The notes beneath the pieces are model-generated. The model was not told the origin of the DNA, searched no databases, and saw only the letters and a program-made list of their open reading frames with translations. A stretch of 64,000 nt of DNA. It comes from Microcystaceae cyanobacterium. Lineage in GTDB: Bacteria > Cyanobacteriota > Cyanobacteriia > Cyanobacteriales > Microcystaceae. The position numbers and the translations under genes were made by a program. Within the stretch, counting starts at the first letter, position 1; each line of letters opens with the position of its first letter. The stretch is from positions 50,277-114,276 of the forward strand of contig JBGTGT010000121.1 in NCBI GenBank assembly GCA_041746575.1, read 5' to 3'. Positions 41,888-52,439 of this stretch are shown here, piece after piece.

Positions 41888-43315
41888 TTAATCGTCAAAA
41901 TGATCAATAATAGCACTAGCAAATTCCGAACACTTCAAAGGCGGATTAACAGGCGGTTCCATTAACCTTGCTAAATCATAGGTCACTTCCCGATTAGCGA
42001 TCGCCGCACCGATACCTTTCTTAATCAAATCGGCCGCTTCTTGCCATCCCATATACTCTAGCATCATCACTCCAGATAAAATAACAGAACCAGGATTAAT
42101 TCGGTCTAAACCAGCATGTTTAGGAGCAGTTCCGTGAGTTGCCTCAAAAATTGCACAATTATCGCCAATATTCGCCCCTGGCCCCATGCCTAATCCGCCA
42201 ACAATAGCCGCCGCCGCATCGGAGAGGTAATCCCCATTGAGGTTCATGGTTGCTAGGATAGAATATTCGTCAGGACGAGTTTGAATTTGTTGAAAAATAC
42301 TGTCTGCAATACGATCATTGACCATTATCTTGTCTTTCCATTTACCGTCACCGTGAGTCTCCCAAATTGTATCTAATACGCCTTTAACTTCTGCACAAGC
42401 TTGCTCTTTTTTCTCTGGTGTTAAGGCGTCATACCCCGGTTCAACTTGGCGAGCGTTATCCTCAATCGAAATTTCCGAATTATGCTCTTTATTACTCAAA
42501 ATCCATGATTCTCGTTCAGTAACACAACTATCTCGAAACTCGATTGTCGCTAGTTCGTAACCCCAATTCCGAAAGGCTCCTTCAGTGTATTTCATAATAT
42601 TGCCTTTATGCACAAGAGTCACCTGTTGCTTGGCTTTAGGCAGGCGTAAGGCGTGTTCCATCGCACGACGAACCAAACGCTGCGAACCGATTTTACTGAT
42701 GGGTTTGATGCCGATACCCGAATCAAGAGGAATTTGCTTCTTGCCGTGTTCAGGCGTCGCAGGGATTAAGTCAGTATTAAGATAATTAATCAGTTTATCA
42801 GCAATTTCACTGCCTTGCTTCCACTCAATCCCCAAGTAGATGTCTTCCGTGTTTTCTCGATAGACGATCACATCTAGTTTCTCTGGACTTTTGTGGGGAG
42901 AAGGCGTACCAGGATAGTAACGACAGGGACGTACACAGGCGTATAAGGTGAAAATTTGTCGTAAAGCAACGTTTAAAGACCGAATTCCCCCACCAATAGG
43001 CGTGGTTAGAGGGCCTTTGATGGCGATACCATATTCTTGGATGGCGTTTAAGGTATCTTGAGGAAGATATTGGTACGTCCCATAAACATCACAAGCTTCA
43101 TCCCCTGCATACACTTTAAACCAGTTAATTTTGCGTTTTCCCCCATAGGCTGTTTCCACGGCGGCGTTAATCACTTGTTCGGTAGCCGGCCAAATATCGA
43201 CTCCTGTTCCGTCGCCCTGAATGAAGGGAATTATAGGGTCATCAGGAACAAGGGGTTTACCCTCTTTAAAGGTAATTTTAGACCCTGTAGAAGGAGGTGT
43301 CAGTTTTTCGTACAT
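41888..43315 (-). CDS. icd: NADP-dependent isocitrate dehydrogenase
   Basis: [51 protein letters not shown]. Confidence 0.97.
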   Translation of the reverse strand: MYEKLTPPSTGSKITFKEGKPLVPDDPIIPFIQGDGTGVDIWPATEQVINAAVETAYGGKRKINWFKVYAGDEACDVYGTYQYLPQDTLNAIQEYGIAIKGPLTTPIGGGIRSLNVALRQIFTLYACVRPCRYYPGTPSPHKSPEKLDVIVYRENTEDIYLGIEWKQGSEIADKLINYLNTDLIPATPEHGKKQIPLDSGIGIKPISKIGSQRLVRRAMEHALRLPKAKQQVTLVHKGNIMKYTEGAFRNWGYELATIEFRDSCVTERESWILSNKEHNSEISIEDNARQVEPGYDALTPEKKEQACAEVKGVLDTIWETHGDGKWKDKIMVNDRIADSIFQQIQTRPDEYSILATMNLNGDYLSDAAAAIVGGLGMGPGANIGDNCAIFEATHGTAPKHAGLDRINPGSVILSGVMMLEYMGWQEAADLIKKGIGAAIANREVTYDLARLMEPPVNPPLKCSEFASAIIDHFDD

Positions 43316-43774
43316 AGCAGTAACGCTCAGAAATTTTGTATCGCTTAATTATAGCGGTAGGTTTTTCAGATAAGCTCAAAGCGATCGCTGTTTTTTCAGA
43401 AATAATGTTAAGAATTGCTGATACGCTTTTTTAGTCAATCGTATTGAATCTAGTCTTATTACTTTGTCTCTCACTTTTTGGGTTAATTAAATGAATTCTC
43501 CTTTTTAAATGTGTTTCTCTATCTTGAGATTTTCTTGTTGAGAAATATTGATATATTGAGTGACTCAATTCTTAATTTCTTCTCAACGATGTGCCTTCAA
43601 GAAAATCTGAATATTTCTTTTCTCACAAGCTTTTAATAACTTAAAAAAGATTTATTTGAAAGTAGAAATGTAAATTCAAGTTTCAACCTCGGTATAATCC
43701 ACCGTTTAGCAGTTTCCAACCTTTAAAATGGATTGAGGGAGTTGCAAAAAAGAGCGATCATTTTTTCGGCAATG

Positions 43775-45415
43775 CTACTTTTTAAACTTCATTTGTAACC
43801 AAGATTTTGGATTTTTAGGCGTTTCCTGAGGTTGATTAACTTCTAGATTCAACAAAGGTAAAGTTTCCTCTGTCTTCGTCAATTCTTCAGAAGACGTCTC
43901 TGGCGTTTCCCCCGCCAGATATTGCCTTAAAGCCGTAACATCGCCACGGCTAGCCGCCGCTTTGACATTGCGCTGTAGATGAGCATGAGCGATCGCGTCC
44001 TCTTTAGAGCGAGAACTGGTATTAAAACAGTGTTCCAGATCTTTATAGATACCAATACGACGGATTTTCGTGAAATGTTGTCGTTCGGTATCCAACAATT
44101 TGGCCATTAATTCAAGGTGCATGGCGTCCTCTTGACAAATTTCGCATAAAATATCCCATTCGTCACTACCAAGGAGTTTAGGGTCGTCTGCCCCCAATCG
44201 GGGGTCTTGGAATGGCTGTTTCATTACGTCTTGGTAAATTTTGGGCAAACTGTCATCAAATTCGTGTTTTTCTTCTAACCAAATCCGCCGAATTTCGCTT
44301 AATTCTTCGGGAGTAATTAAGATAACTTCTTTGTATTCATCGGGAGCATTTTCACGAACAGAAACTTGTGCTTCTAATACCCTTTTTAACCAATATTCAC
44401 GCCATTCTCGCAGATAGGGGCCAGGAATCGGTTCAATTTTTTCTGAGCCAAATAATTCGACTTTGCCGTACAAACGACGGAAATCTCGACGATATTTATC
44501 CTTGGGTTCATCTAATTCGTTGCGAATGTCTAGTAAGGGCTGTAACCATTCTTTTTCAACATCATTTTGAATCATTGCCTCCATGGATTTATCTTTGCTC
44601 ACCATGGTGCATACCCAACAACCAAACCGAGAATCGCCACAGCTAGCGGTAGAAGTATCTACAACAAGAGGACATTCATTATCCGCCGTTGCCCCTCGAT
44701 ACATGGTGAATAAATCCTTATTACTGATTCCCCAAGGGTTTTCCCACTGCATCAAATACATCCAAACTTCATCTGTCTGCCAATCTTCAATGGGAGTATA
44801 AATAAGAGAATTAGGAAGACGAGAATTAGGACTCAGTCGCTCTCTTACTCTTCCCTCTTGGTGTTTTTTCATGGTTGCTGCACGCGCCGCACTTTCTGAT
44901 TTGCGTGAACCTAAAACGACGATAGTTTCTCCGTTTGCTCTAACCATGTTACGAATGAAATAGTTAACAGGCTGGATTTTCATTCTATCGGTACACCAGC
45001 GAAATCCATGACGGGGAGCAGGATAGCCTTTGCCAATTAAACAAACCCAAAAAGTAGCACGAATCAAAGGGTGTAATAAGTGGGCATGAAAGGGCATTTT
45101 TTGCTTTATTGCCGCCTGAGTCACTTTGTCTAAACACTTACGAACCCAAACAGATACCACTGGATTCTCAACAAATGTGTCGGTCGTAATAATATGTATT
45201 GTTTTTTGTCGCTTTTCGTAGGGGAGAGATGCGATCGCATTCCAGATTAACTGAAGGATTGCTGTACTATCTTTTCCCCATGAAACGCCAATAATCCAAG
45301 GAATACTATCTGCACAATATAAATTTTGAATTTCTTGGCTTAATTTCTCTATATCCTTAACAAGTTCATCTAAGCTACGGTTATGAAAGAGAGAGGATTG
45401 AACAATATTCATCAT
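43775..45415 (-). CDS. dndC: DNA phosphorothioation sulfurtransferase DndC
   Basis: PWIIGVSWGKDS, TDTFVENP, GKGYPAP..FRWCTDRMKI, ECPLVVD..CGDSRFGCWVCT, PGPY, EIRRIW. Confidence 0.93.
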   Translation of the reverse strand: MMNIVQSSLFHNRSLDELVKDIEKLSQEIQNLYCADSIPWIIGVSWGKDSTAILQLIWNAIASLPYEKRQKTIHIITTDTFVENPVVSVWVRKCLDKVTQAAIKQKMPFHAHLLHPLIRATFWVCLIGKGYPAPRHGFRWCTDRMKIQPVNYFIRNMVRANGETIVVLGSRKSESAARAATMKKHQEGRVRERLSPNSRLPNSLIYTPIEDWQTDEVWMYLMQWENPWGISNKDLFTMYRGATADNECPLVVDTSTASCGDSRFGCWVCTMVSKDKSMEAMIQNDVEKEWLQPLLDIRNELDEPKDKYRRDFRRLYGKVELFGSEKIEPIPGPYLREWREYWLKRVLEAQVSVRENAPDEYKEVILITPEELSEIRRIWLEEKHEFDDSLPKIYQDVMKQPFQDPRLGADDPKLLGSDEWDILCEICQEDAMHLELMAKLLDTERQHFTKIRRIGIYKDLEHCFNTSSRSKEDAIAHAHLQRNVKAAASRGDVTALRQYLAGETPETSSEELTKTEETLPLLNLEVNQPQETPKNPKSWLQMKFKK

Positions 45416-45506
45416 TAAAAATCCCGTAATTTCCTCGATACCTAGACAATTGTAAGGCCGCTATGATGAAAAAATTAATAAATACTGACGCTTAATCATA
45501 CTACTC

Positions 45507-46763
45507 ATGTTAGAACAAACCCCTCCAGACCCTATCACAGAACAAATAAACGTAGACAGCGAACTCAAAGGGCATCTACAAGACATTCAGCAACAATTCA
45601 ATCAAGCCCTCAATACCTATTTTGGGCAATTTTATCGTGAAACGTGCTATCTTGGTTTGATGTTTGAGCAAGGCAAACGAAAAATGATTCAAATCAACGT
45701 TCCTGCTCATGATTTGCCCGTTTTGCTTCAAGCTAAACCCTCAGACAATAATGACCCTGATTCAGGCAAAAACCGTCCTGAAGTCAAAGGACATACAGAA
45801 GAAGTCAAGGAATACATTCTCAAACGAGTCAAACACCATAAACCTTGGATTTTAGGAACCTTAACCGCTAATATTGACCCTAATAAAATAGAAATTCTCG
45901 AGCTTGGCCGAGGAATTTGCTTTGTGGTCATTCCCAGAGGGGTAAAACTCGATATTACCGATGGACAGCATCGCAAACGAGCTATTCATCAACTGATTGA
46001 AAGTTCCAACGGGGAACTAATTGGCGATAACGACTTTCCGATTACCTTAGTGCTAGAACCCGATTTTCAGCAATGTCAAACTGATTTCCGAGATATGGCA
46101 CAAACGAGAGCTTTAGATAAGTCTCTACTCATTTCTTTTGGTGAATTTGAAGGTTCTGTCGGTATTACCAAAAAAATTCTCGAAACGGTGCCGATGTTTA
46201 ACGGCAAAACCGAAAAAATCAAAGGTACACCTTCCCCGAAACACAAACATATCTATACGGTCAATTTTTTAGATAAAATGGTGAGTAGTGCTTTTGCCAA
46301 TGATCCCAGTGATCCCCTAGAAAATATCAATGTAGATGAAGCATCCAGAGCTTTGAGCCACTGTCTTAATCTATTTTTCTCAGAATGTCAGCAAACAAAG
46401 CTTATTTCAAGCGTTTCTGCCTATGATTTAACAGTCAAGCAGGTCGAGAATTTTCAGAACACGTGTGTCTTAGGTCGTAGTGTTGGAGTAGAAATTTTAG
46501 GACGATTGTTCTACTGCACTTATGATGCTGAAATCATCACCTTTGATCACTTTAAGGTATCTCAATTAGCCCAGTTGGATTGGTCCGCCGGAAGCGAACT
46601 TTGGCGAGATAATGTTGTTAAAATTGATCCCAATCCTCGCAATCCTGAGAAAATTTACCGATTTATTGCAACGATGAGTTCCATCCGAATCGCTGTTATA
46701 CAAGCCAAACGTCAACTCGGTTGGCTCAATCAAAATACTGACAATGCTCCCCAATTGATCTAA
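45507..46763 (+). CDS. dndB: DGQHR-domain DNA sulfur modification protein, DndB family
   Basis: ITDGQHR motif, CQTDFRD, adjacent to dndC. Confidence 0.85.
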   Translation: MLEQTPPDPITEQINVDSELKGHLQDIQQQFNQALNTYFGQFYRETCYLGLMFEQGKRKMIQINVPAHDLPVLLQAKPSDNNDPDSGKNRPEVKGHTEEVKEYILKRVKHHKPWILGTLTANIDPNKIEILELGRGICFVVIPRGVKLDITDGQHRKRAIHQLIESSNGELIGDNDFPITLVLEPDFQQCQTDFRDMAQTRALDKSLLISFGEFEGSVGITKKILETVPMFNGKTEKIKGTPSPKHKHIYTVNFLDKMVSSAFANDPSDPLENINVDEASRALSHCLNLFFSECQQTKLISSVSAYDLTVKQVENFQNTCVLGRSVGVEILGRLFYCTYDAEIITFDHFKVSQLAQLDWSAGSELWRDNVVKIDPNPRNPEKIYRFIATMSSIRIAVIQAKRQLGWLNQNTDNAPQLI

Positions 46764-46806
46764 AATAAGGTGTGAGTGTTCGTTGCGCTGTTCCCTAACT
46801 TTTCTT

Positions 46807-48255
46807 TCAAATCCGACAGCCATCTAATTTACGCGCGATCGCGATAATCCAACCCCGGAACCCCCAAAACTGCATTCCTAACATCGGTAGATGTCCTTTA
46901 GGAGAATTTAACGAAAAAATCAAACCTTTATAAGGTTGCCACCCTTGGGGTGTTCGCCAACCCACCGTTTCCGCAAAATTACGCCAAATCTCTGCATCAT
47001 AACTATCCCATCCCCCCAATTGTCGGTAAATATCCCGTTGCACTGAAAAGCCAAAATGTTGCTGACTATAGTCTACCCATAAGCGATCAATCAACAAAAA
47101 ATCCTCACAAGACATCATATCCAAGTGAGATTCATCGATCCATCCCGCTTTTTCCCGTCCTGCGACTTGTAAAATCAGTTGGCCTGTTTTTCTATCTGCC
47201 TCCTGCCAATTTCCCTCCGCTAACAGGTGCTGTAACGGGTTATAGTCAACCCCTTGAGATGAAACGAAGAGCGCAGGAGAAGCAACCACAGCCGATTTTT
47301 CAGAAGAAGTCGCCGAATAATGGCCATTGACAGGATTAACATTAGATTTTATTAGACTCACACGGGATGTCTTTGTTTGCCGACTAGAATGTTTGGAGGG
47401 AGAAGACGTTGACGGCAAACTCGGCGTAACGGCTGACGTAGGAGGATAAAGTAAGGTTAGCCAATCCGGAATAGACTGAGGACGATGGTTGGGAATCAGT
47501 TCCATCCCTAACAAAATTGCCTGATTAATCGTATCACTGATTTCGGGATTATGCTCTTTAGGGGGAATCAATTTAGCCCCCTGTTGACGAAATTGGGCGG
47601 GGAAAGGTAACTGTAGCGTCAAAGTATAGTATAAAGTAGCGGCCAAGGCATAAACATCGGTATAGGCTCCTCTTTTCGCTCTTAATTCATATTGTTCAAT
47701 GGGGGCATAGGATTCAGTGCGAGAATTGGTATGAGTTTGCGTCCTATCTTGTACGAAGTCCCGTGCTAACCCGAAATCAATTAAAACTGCCTTCATATCG
47801 GTTTTTCTCAGCATAATATTCCCCGGTTTAACATCCCGATGAATAAATCCTTGCTGATGAATATAATTTAAAGCATCCCCCATCTGAAAAATGTATTTTA
47901 AGGCTTCTTCTTCCGATAATCCCGACTTGTAATGAGCATATTGCTGTAGAGTTCCCCCCGGAATATATTCCATCACCAAGCACCATAAAGCTTCTTCCTG
48001 GCACACATTTTCCACCCGAATAATATGGGGATGATTGCACCGAGCCAAACGAAACGCTTCTTGGATAAATCGCTCTTGATGTTTAGGAAAATCAGATTCG
48101 TTCTGAATTAAAGCATTTAAAGTTTTAATCGCTACATATTCCCCTGATAATTGTTCCTGCGCCCGATAGGTAACACCGACTCCCCCATAGCCCAGCAATT
48201 TATCAAAAATATAGCGTCCATTTTGAATTTTATGTCCAGCTTTCCAGTGACTCAT
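46807..48255 (-). CDS. Ser/Thr protein kinase with C-terminal GUN4 domain
   Basis: GYGGVG, VAIK, HRDVKPGN, DFG; GUN4 region WQEADRKT..IDRLW..HFGFSVQ..PKGHLP. Confidence 0.93.
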   Translation of the reverse strand: MSHWKAGHKIQNGRYIFDKLLGYGGVGVTYRAQEQLSGEYVAIKTLNALIQNESDFPKHQERFIQEAFRLARCNHPHIIRVENVCQEEALWCLVMEYIPGGTLQQYAHYKSGLSEEEALKYIFQMGDALNYIHQQGFIHRDVKPGNIMLRKTDMKAVLIDFGLARDFVQDRTQTHTNSRTESYAPIEQYELRAKRGAYTDVYALAATLYYTLTLQLPFPAQFRQQGAKLIPPKEHNPEISDTINQAILLGMELIPNHRPQSIPDWLTLLYPPTSAVTPSLPSTSSPSKHSSRQTKTSRVSLIKSNVNPVNGHYSATSSEKSAVVASPALFVSSQGVDYNPLQHLLAEGNWQEADRKTGQLILQVAGREKAGWIDESHLDMMSCEDFLLIDRLWVDYSQQHFGFSVQRDIYRQLGGWDSYDAEIWRNFAETVGWRTPQGWQPYKGLIFSLNSPKGHLPMLGMQFWGFRGWIIAIARKLDGCRI

Positions 48256-48525
48256 GTTTCTTGTCAGACAGGTGAGTGAGTAACGAACGGGTGAGGTAAC
48301 CTCAATATAGGGATAGAGGAATGAATATTTTCCTTGTGTTAACCCCGCTAACCCCTCCTACTCATAGACGAACGGGGGACTGATCAAGTACGGATTGATC
48401 GGAGTCAGTATTTTACCTATTATAAACGGGGATGATTGAGAATCCAGCATGGCCTCGTCTGTGAACTTGATCTCAGTGTTCCCCTTTTCTCTCTCAAAAG
48501 TGACATCTTTTTGCCCCAGTTGAGA

Positions 48526-49287
48526 TTAATGTCCCGTTAATTTCACTAGGCCAATTCCCCCAAAATATAATCCTAGCACGGCACTTGCTAACAGCGATTG
48601 AGTCAAAGGATCAGTGGAAGGGGTCAAAACCGCTCCCAAAATTACTGCCCCCAAAACGACGATACGCCATCCTTTTAACATCTGTTGGGAGGAAATAATA
48701 TTTAAATAACCCAAAATCATCTGAATCACAGGAATTTGAAAAGCCAATCCCACACTGAACATTAAAAGCAAAATAAACTCAAAATACTGCTCGATTGACC
48801 AAGCCTGTTCGACGACATCCGCCCCATAGGTAATAAAGAAGTTCAAAGCCGCCGGAACGAGAATAAAATAGGCAAATCCTAACCCCACAAAAAAGAGAAT
48901 GCTAGAACCCAAGACAACAGGAGCCAGAAGACGACGTTCTCGACGGGTAAGGCCAGGTAAGACAAATTGAATGATTTGATAGAGAATAAAAGGACTAGCT
49001 ATCAAGACGCCACTGTAACCTGCGACTTTAAGGGAGACAAAAAAGAATTCTCCCGGCGCAAGTTGTAAAAATCTCACCTCTTTTGCCGGAAACTGCAATA
49101 CCTGTACGAGAGGACGCACAAAAATAAAGCAAATCACCATCCCAACCGCCACGGCAATCAATGCATAAAAGATGCGATACCGTAATTCCTCTAGATGGTC
49201 AAACAGCGACATTTCCGCCTCATCAGGGAGTTCATCTAAATCGTCATCTTCTTTCTGAGGAGAGGGGGGTTTTAGATCGGTAGTCAT
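48526..49287 (-). CDS. tatC: Twin-arginine translocase subunit TatC
   Basis: [29 protein letters not shown]. Confidence 0.96.
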   Translation of the reverse strand: MTTDLKPPSPQKEDDDLDELPDEAEMSLFDHLEELRYRIFYALIAVAVGMVICFIFVRPLVQVLQFPAKEVRFLQLAPGEFFFVSLKVAGYSGVLIASPFILYQIIQFVLPGLTRRERRLLAPVVLGSSILFFVGLGFAYFILVPAALNFFITYGADVVEQAWSIEQYFEFILLLMFSVGLAFQIPVIQMILGYLNIISSQQMLKGWRIVVLGAVILGAVLTPSTDPLTQSLLASAVLGLYFGGIGLVKLTGH

Positions 49288-49455
49288 GGCAATGGTTTAG
49301 GATAGTCTCAGCTGTATCTTCTTTAGCATAGCAGAGAGATTATCAGGGAATTGGGTTGCTTGAAACTTCTGGGGTTAACTCTTTACTGAGGACAAAATTT
49401 AAGGCTTTTACACCTTAAGAATCGGCTTCATGTTAAACTACTCTAAGAGTAAATT

Positions 49456-49532
49456 TTCGGTAGTATAATTCGTGATTAAAGCGTTTCTCCGAATCTGATT
49501 CCTACTTCCACCTTTGATTTTGGAGAATTTTG
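49456..49532 (+). promoter_or_regulatory. Conserved rbp 5' leader (TTCGG box, TCTCCGAA box, RBS)
   Basis: TTCTCCGAA (49485-49493) is complementary to TTTGGAGAA (49519-49527, contains the RBS); upstream TTCGG at 49456-49460. Confidence 0.6.
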
Positions 49533-49778
49533 ATGACAATTTATGTAGGTAACTTATCTTTTCAAGTCACTGAAAACGATCTAAAAGAAGTATTTACCGA
49601 ATATGGCACCGTCACAAAACTCAGCCTGCCTAAAGATAGAGATACCGGGCGGATGCGCGGTTTTGCCTTTGTTGAGATGGGAACTGATGCAGAAGAAGAA
49701 ACAGCTATCCGCACCCTTAACGGTGCTGAATGGATGGGGCGTCAATTAAAAGTTAATAAAGCTCGCCCTCGCTCCTGA
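49533..49778 (+). CDS. rbp: RRM RNA-binding protein (Rbp family)
   Basis: IYVGNL (RNP2), RGFAFVEM (RNP1), WMGRQLKVNKARPR. Confidence 0.93.
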   Translation: MTIYVGNLSFQVTENDLKEVFTEYGTVTKLSLPKDRDTGRMRGFAFVEMGTDAEEETAIRTLNGAEWMGRQLKVNKARPRS

Positions 49779-49897
49779 TATGGCGATTTTCTAGATAAAC
49801 AGGACAAAAGTGTTGCTATCCGCTACAGATCAAGCAGATGGGACAATTTGTTCCCAATGAGCAACTGATAACTAATCTATCGAGGTAAGGAAATGAG

Positions 49898-50092
49898 ATG
49901 GCTCAGATAAAACTTGGCGAAAATGAAGGAATTGAATCAGCCTTACGTCGATTTAAGATCAAAGTGCGTCACGCAGGTATCTTTTCTGACGTTAAGAAAA
50001 ACCGCTATTTTGAAACCCCCATTGAGAAAAGTAAACGTAAAGCACTCGCCAGACAAAAACAGCGTAAAGGACGACGACGGTACCAAACGTAG
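49898..50092 (+). CDS. rpsU: 30S ribosomal protein S21
   Basis: [14 protein letters not shown]...[18 protein letters not shown] upstream. Confidence 0.93.
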   Translation: MAQIKLGENEGIESALRRFKIKVRHAGIFSDVKKNRYFETPIEKSKRKALARQKQRKGRRRYQT

Positions 50093-50264
50093 CTCAAAAA
50101 AAGCCATAGAGGGAAATCTTCGCCTAATACATATCTTTAAGACTTGTTACTGTAAAAGCACCCAGAAAACACGCCTTTTCTCGACATTTGACGGGGTGCA
50201 GCACTTATTTGATTAACTCAGCCACTCATTTAAAGGGCGATCGCACCTCCTCCACCGTAAAAAT

Positions 50265-50945
50265 ATGTGTTTTTCGGCATCAGCCAGTTTTATCGCTAGT
50301 GCTTTATTGATATCATCGGGGATTTATGGCGTCAGTAGCGTGATTCAGACACATCATTATGCTTATTTACCGATAGGGAGTATCCCAATTCTCTTCGGTA
50401 TTCAGCAGGGATGGGAAGGAATGATTTGGCTTTCGTTTAATGATAATATTCCTCAAGTAACGAGAACTTACGCCCTTGGCTTTTTATTTTTTTCCCATTT
50501 TCTATGGCTATTTTGGATGACACTTTCTGCTCTGACATTAGAAACAAGACCAATTATTCAAAAAGTCTTGGCAGGATTGATGGTCATGGGTATTTTGTAT
50601 GGGATTTTTTTGTATTTTCCTCTTCTTTTTTATCCTGATTGGCTATCAGTTCAGGTGTTTAAAGGGTCAATTCGTTATCAAATTCAGGTTCTTAGTACAG
50701 GAATTATTTCTCCCTATCTGGGAATTTTCTTATATATTTGTGTCTCCTTAATTGGTTTATTTCTTTCGAGCAAAAAGGAATTAAATTATTTAGGAGGAAT
50801 GCTTTTAGGGGCATTTATCTTAACCGAAGTGTTGCTTGATTATGCTTTTATTTCAGTTTGGTGTTTCTTGGCGGCAACTATTTCTTTTTATTTGATTTAC
50901 TTCGTTTATTCTGAAAATTTTTTGCCGAAAACGCCTGAGAGATAA
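50265..50945 (+). CDS. DUF6629-like polytopic membrane protein
   Basis: MCFSASASF start, FGIQQGWEG, FISVWCFLAA. Confidence 0.8.
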   Translation: MCFSASASFIASALLISSGIYGVSSVIQTHHYAYLPIGSIPILFGIQQGWEGMIWLSFNDNIPQVTRTYALGFLFFSHFLWLFWMTLSALTLETRPIIQKVLAGLMVMGILYGIFLYFPLLFYPDWLSVQVFKGSIRYQIQVLSTGIISPYLGIFLYICVSLIGLFLSSKKELNYLGGMLLGAFILTEVLLDYAFISVWCFLAATISFYLIYFVYSENFLPKTPER

Positions 50946-50981
50946 ACCCTTTTATTCCTCCAAAATGGGTCATCCTTTTTT

Positions 50982-52274
50982 TCAATGGACAGGTAACTGA
51001 TTACGGGTAGGATCACCTAAGAAAACCTCGCTAATAGAAGTATCAATGATATTACTGGGAATAATGTGCCAGTGATTCCCAATTTGTTGTAAAAATCTAT
51101 CTTGTTCTGCTCTAAATCGCTCAATACCACTTCCCGAATTAATTAAAGTAAACCAAACATACCCTCTTTCTTCGGTGGGAATTAACCCAGCTAAAGCACT
51201 GACTTGATTTAATGTTCCTGTCTTAATCGCAACCCCTTCCGGAATCGCTCGCCATTGCATTGTTCCCGTCCTATCTCTTCCCGCTACAGGGAATAAATCC
51301 GCCACAGAAAAAGGATTATCTTCTAACTTCTCCTCTAACGCTATTAACATTTTCGCCGCCGCATGGGGAGAAATACGATTTTCTACCCCTAATCCTGAAC
51401 CATTAATCAATTGAATCTCATCAGGGGAAAATTTGCCTGCTCGTGCAGCCGTCTGTGCCACCACCTTCGCCCCTCCCACCGCTTGTCCTAGTATCTCCGC
51501 CATTGCATTGTTACTATAAATATTCATTTGTTTGAGAATTTCTGCCAAAGTGAGGGATTGATGGCTCAAACGCAATTGTGCTTCCGATGGCAAAACTGAT
51601 GACACTTGTAATTGACCTGCAATGCTTAAAAGCGGACGAGGGGTACTCAGGGGCAAATTGCCATAAGCTTTTTCGACCAAAGGAGTCCATTTACGAGAAT
51701 CTAGTGCAACTTTTACTGCTTCTGCTGACTTTTGATTATTTTCTTGGAAATTCATAGCAAAGTTGCCCACAATAATTAAATTTCCTTTAACTTGCCGAAT
51801 GCCCAACTGATTTAGAGCATTGCCTAAAGCGATCGCCTCTTCCCAGACAAAAAAAGGATCATGACCACCTCTAATTAATAAATCTCCCCGAAGAACGCCA
51901 TTTTCTAACGTCCCTGTTGTGTATATCTCCGTAATAAAACGATAATCTGTGTTCCACGTTTCGAGTGCGGCTAGAGAAGTGGCAATTTTAGTAAGAGAAG
52001 CCGCTGATAGGGGCAAATAAGCCTGATTTTCTCCCAAAGCCGCCCATTCTGTTTGTAACCAAACCCCTTGACGATGGCGATCATAACCCAATTGGGTCAA
52101 GCGAGTTAAATAATTTTCAATCAGTTGAGCGACTTGAGGATCAGGATCACTCGGCACATTAAAGACTTTGGCTGTCGGCCAATTCACTAGGGGAAACGAT
52201 TCAAGCGATGTCTTTTGTCCCCCCAAAAAGCTCAAAGCGATCCCCATCCCCGCCAAAAGTAATCCCTTAATCAT
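50982..52274 (-). CDS. D-alanyl-D-alanine carboxypeptidase/endopeptidase (peptidase S13, DacB-like)
   Basis: AASLTK (SxxK), YSNN (SxN), NGSGL, KTGTL. Confidence 0.9.
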   Translation of the reverse strand: MIKGLLLAGMGIALSFLGGQKTSLESFPLVNWPTAKVFNVPSDPDPQVAQLIENYLTRLTQLGYDRHRQGVWLQTEWAALGENQAYLPLSAASLTKIATSLAALETWNTDYRFITEIYTTGTLENGVLRGDLLIRGGHDPFFVWEEAIALGNALNQLGIRQVKGNLIIVGNFAMNFQENNQKSAEAVKVALDSRKWTPLVEKAYGNLPLSTPRPLLSIAGQLQVSSVLPSEAQLRLSHQSLTLAEILKQMNIYSNNAMAEILGQAVGGAKVVAQTAARAGKFSPDEIQLINGSGLGVENRISPHAAAKMLIALEEKLEDNPFSVADLFPVAGRDRTGTMQWRAIPEGVAIKTGTLNQVSALAGLIPTEERGYVWFTLINSGSGIERFRAEQDRFLQQIGNHWHIIPSNIIDTSISEVFLGDPTRNQLPVH

Positions 52275-52439
52275 GTTAGAACCTCCTCACTGCGTGGCAT
52301 AATCTTAGTAGAGTGATTGATTGGCTCCTTTTGTACCATTAATCCCCCAACCTTGCCCATCTTCTCAATTGAAAAATCTCAGTTTAGAAAAATCGAGGGC
52401 ATCTGCTAAAATTTTGAAGGCTTCTATCATCGAAATTCA

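Noticed and set aside
43316..43774. NtcA box upstream of icd
   Set aside because: I could not find a GTA-N8-TAC match by eye.
46807..48255. GUN4 kinase as part of the dnd locus (like PglW or other defence kinases)
   Set aside because: It is convergent to dndB, and kinase-GUN4 fusions are a common independent cyanobacterial family.
48378..48406. Hairpin GACTGATCAA...TTGATCGGAGTC between the kinase gene and tatC as an sRNA
   Set aside because: The stem is short and imperfect with no supporting promoter or terminator; it is not distinguishable from chance.
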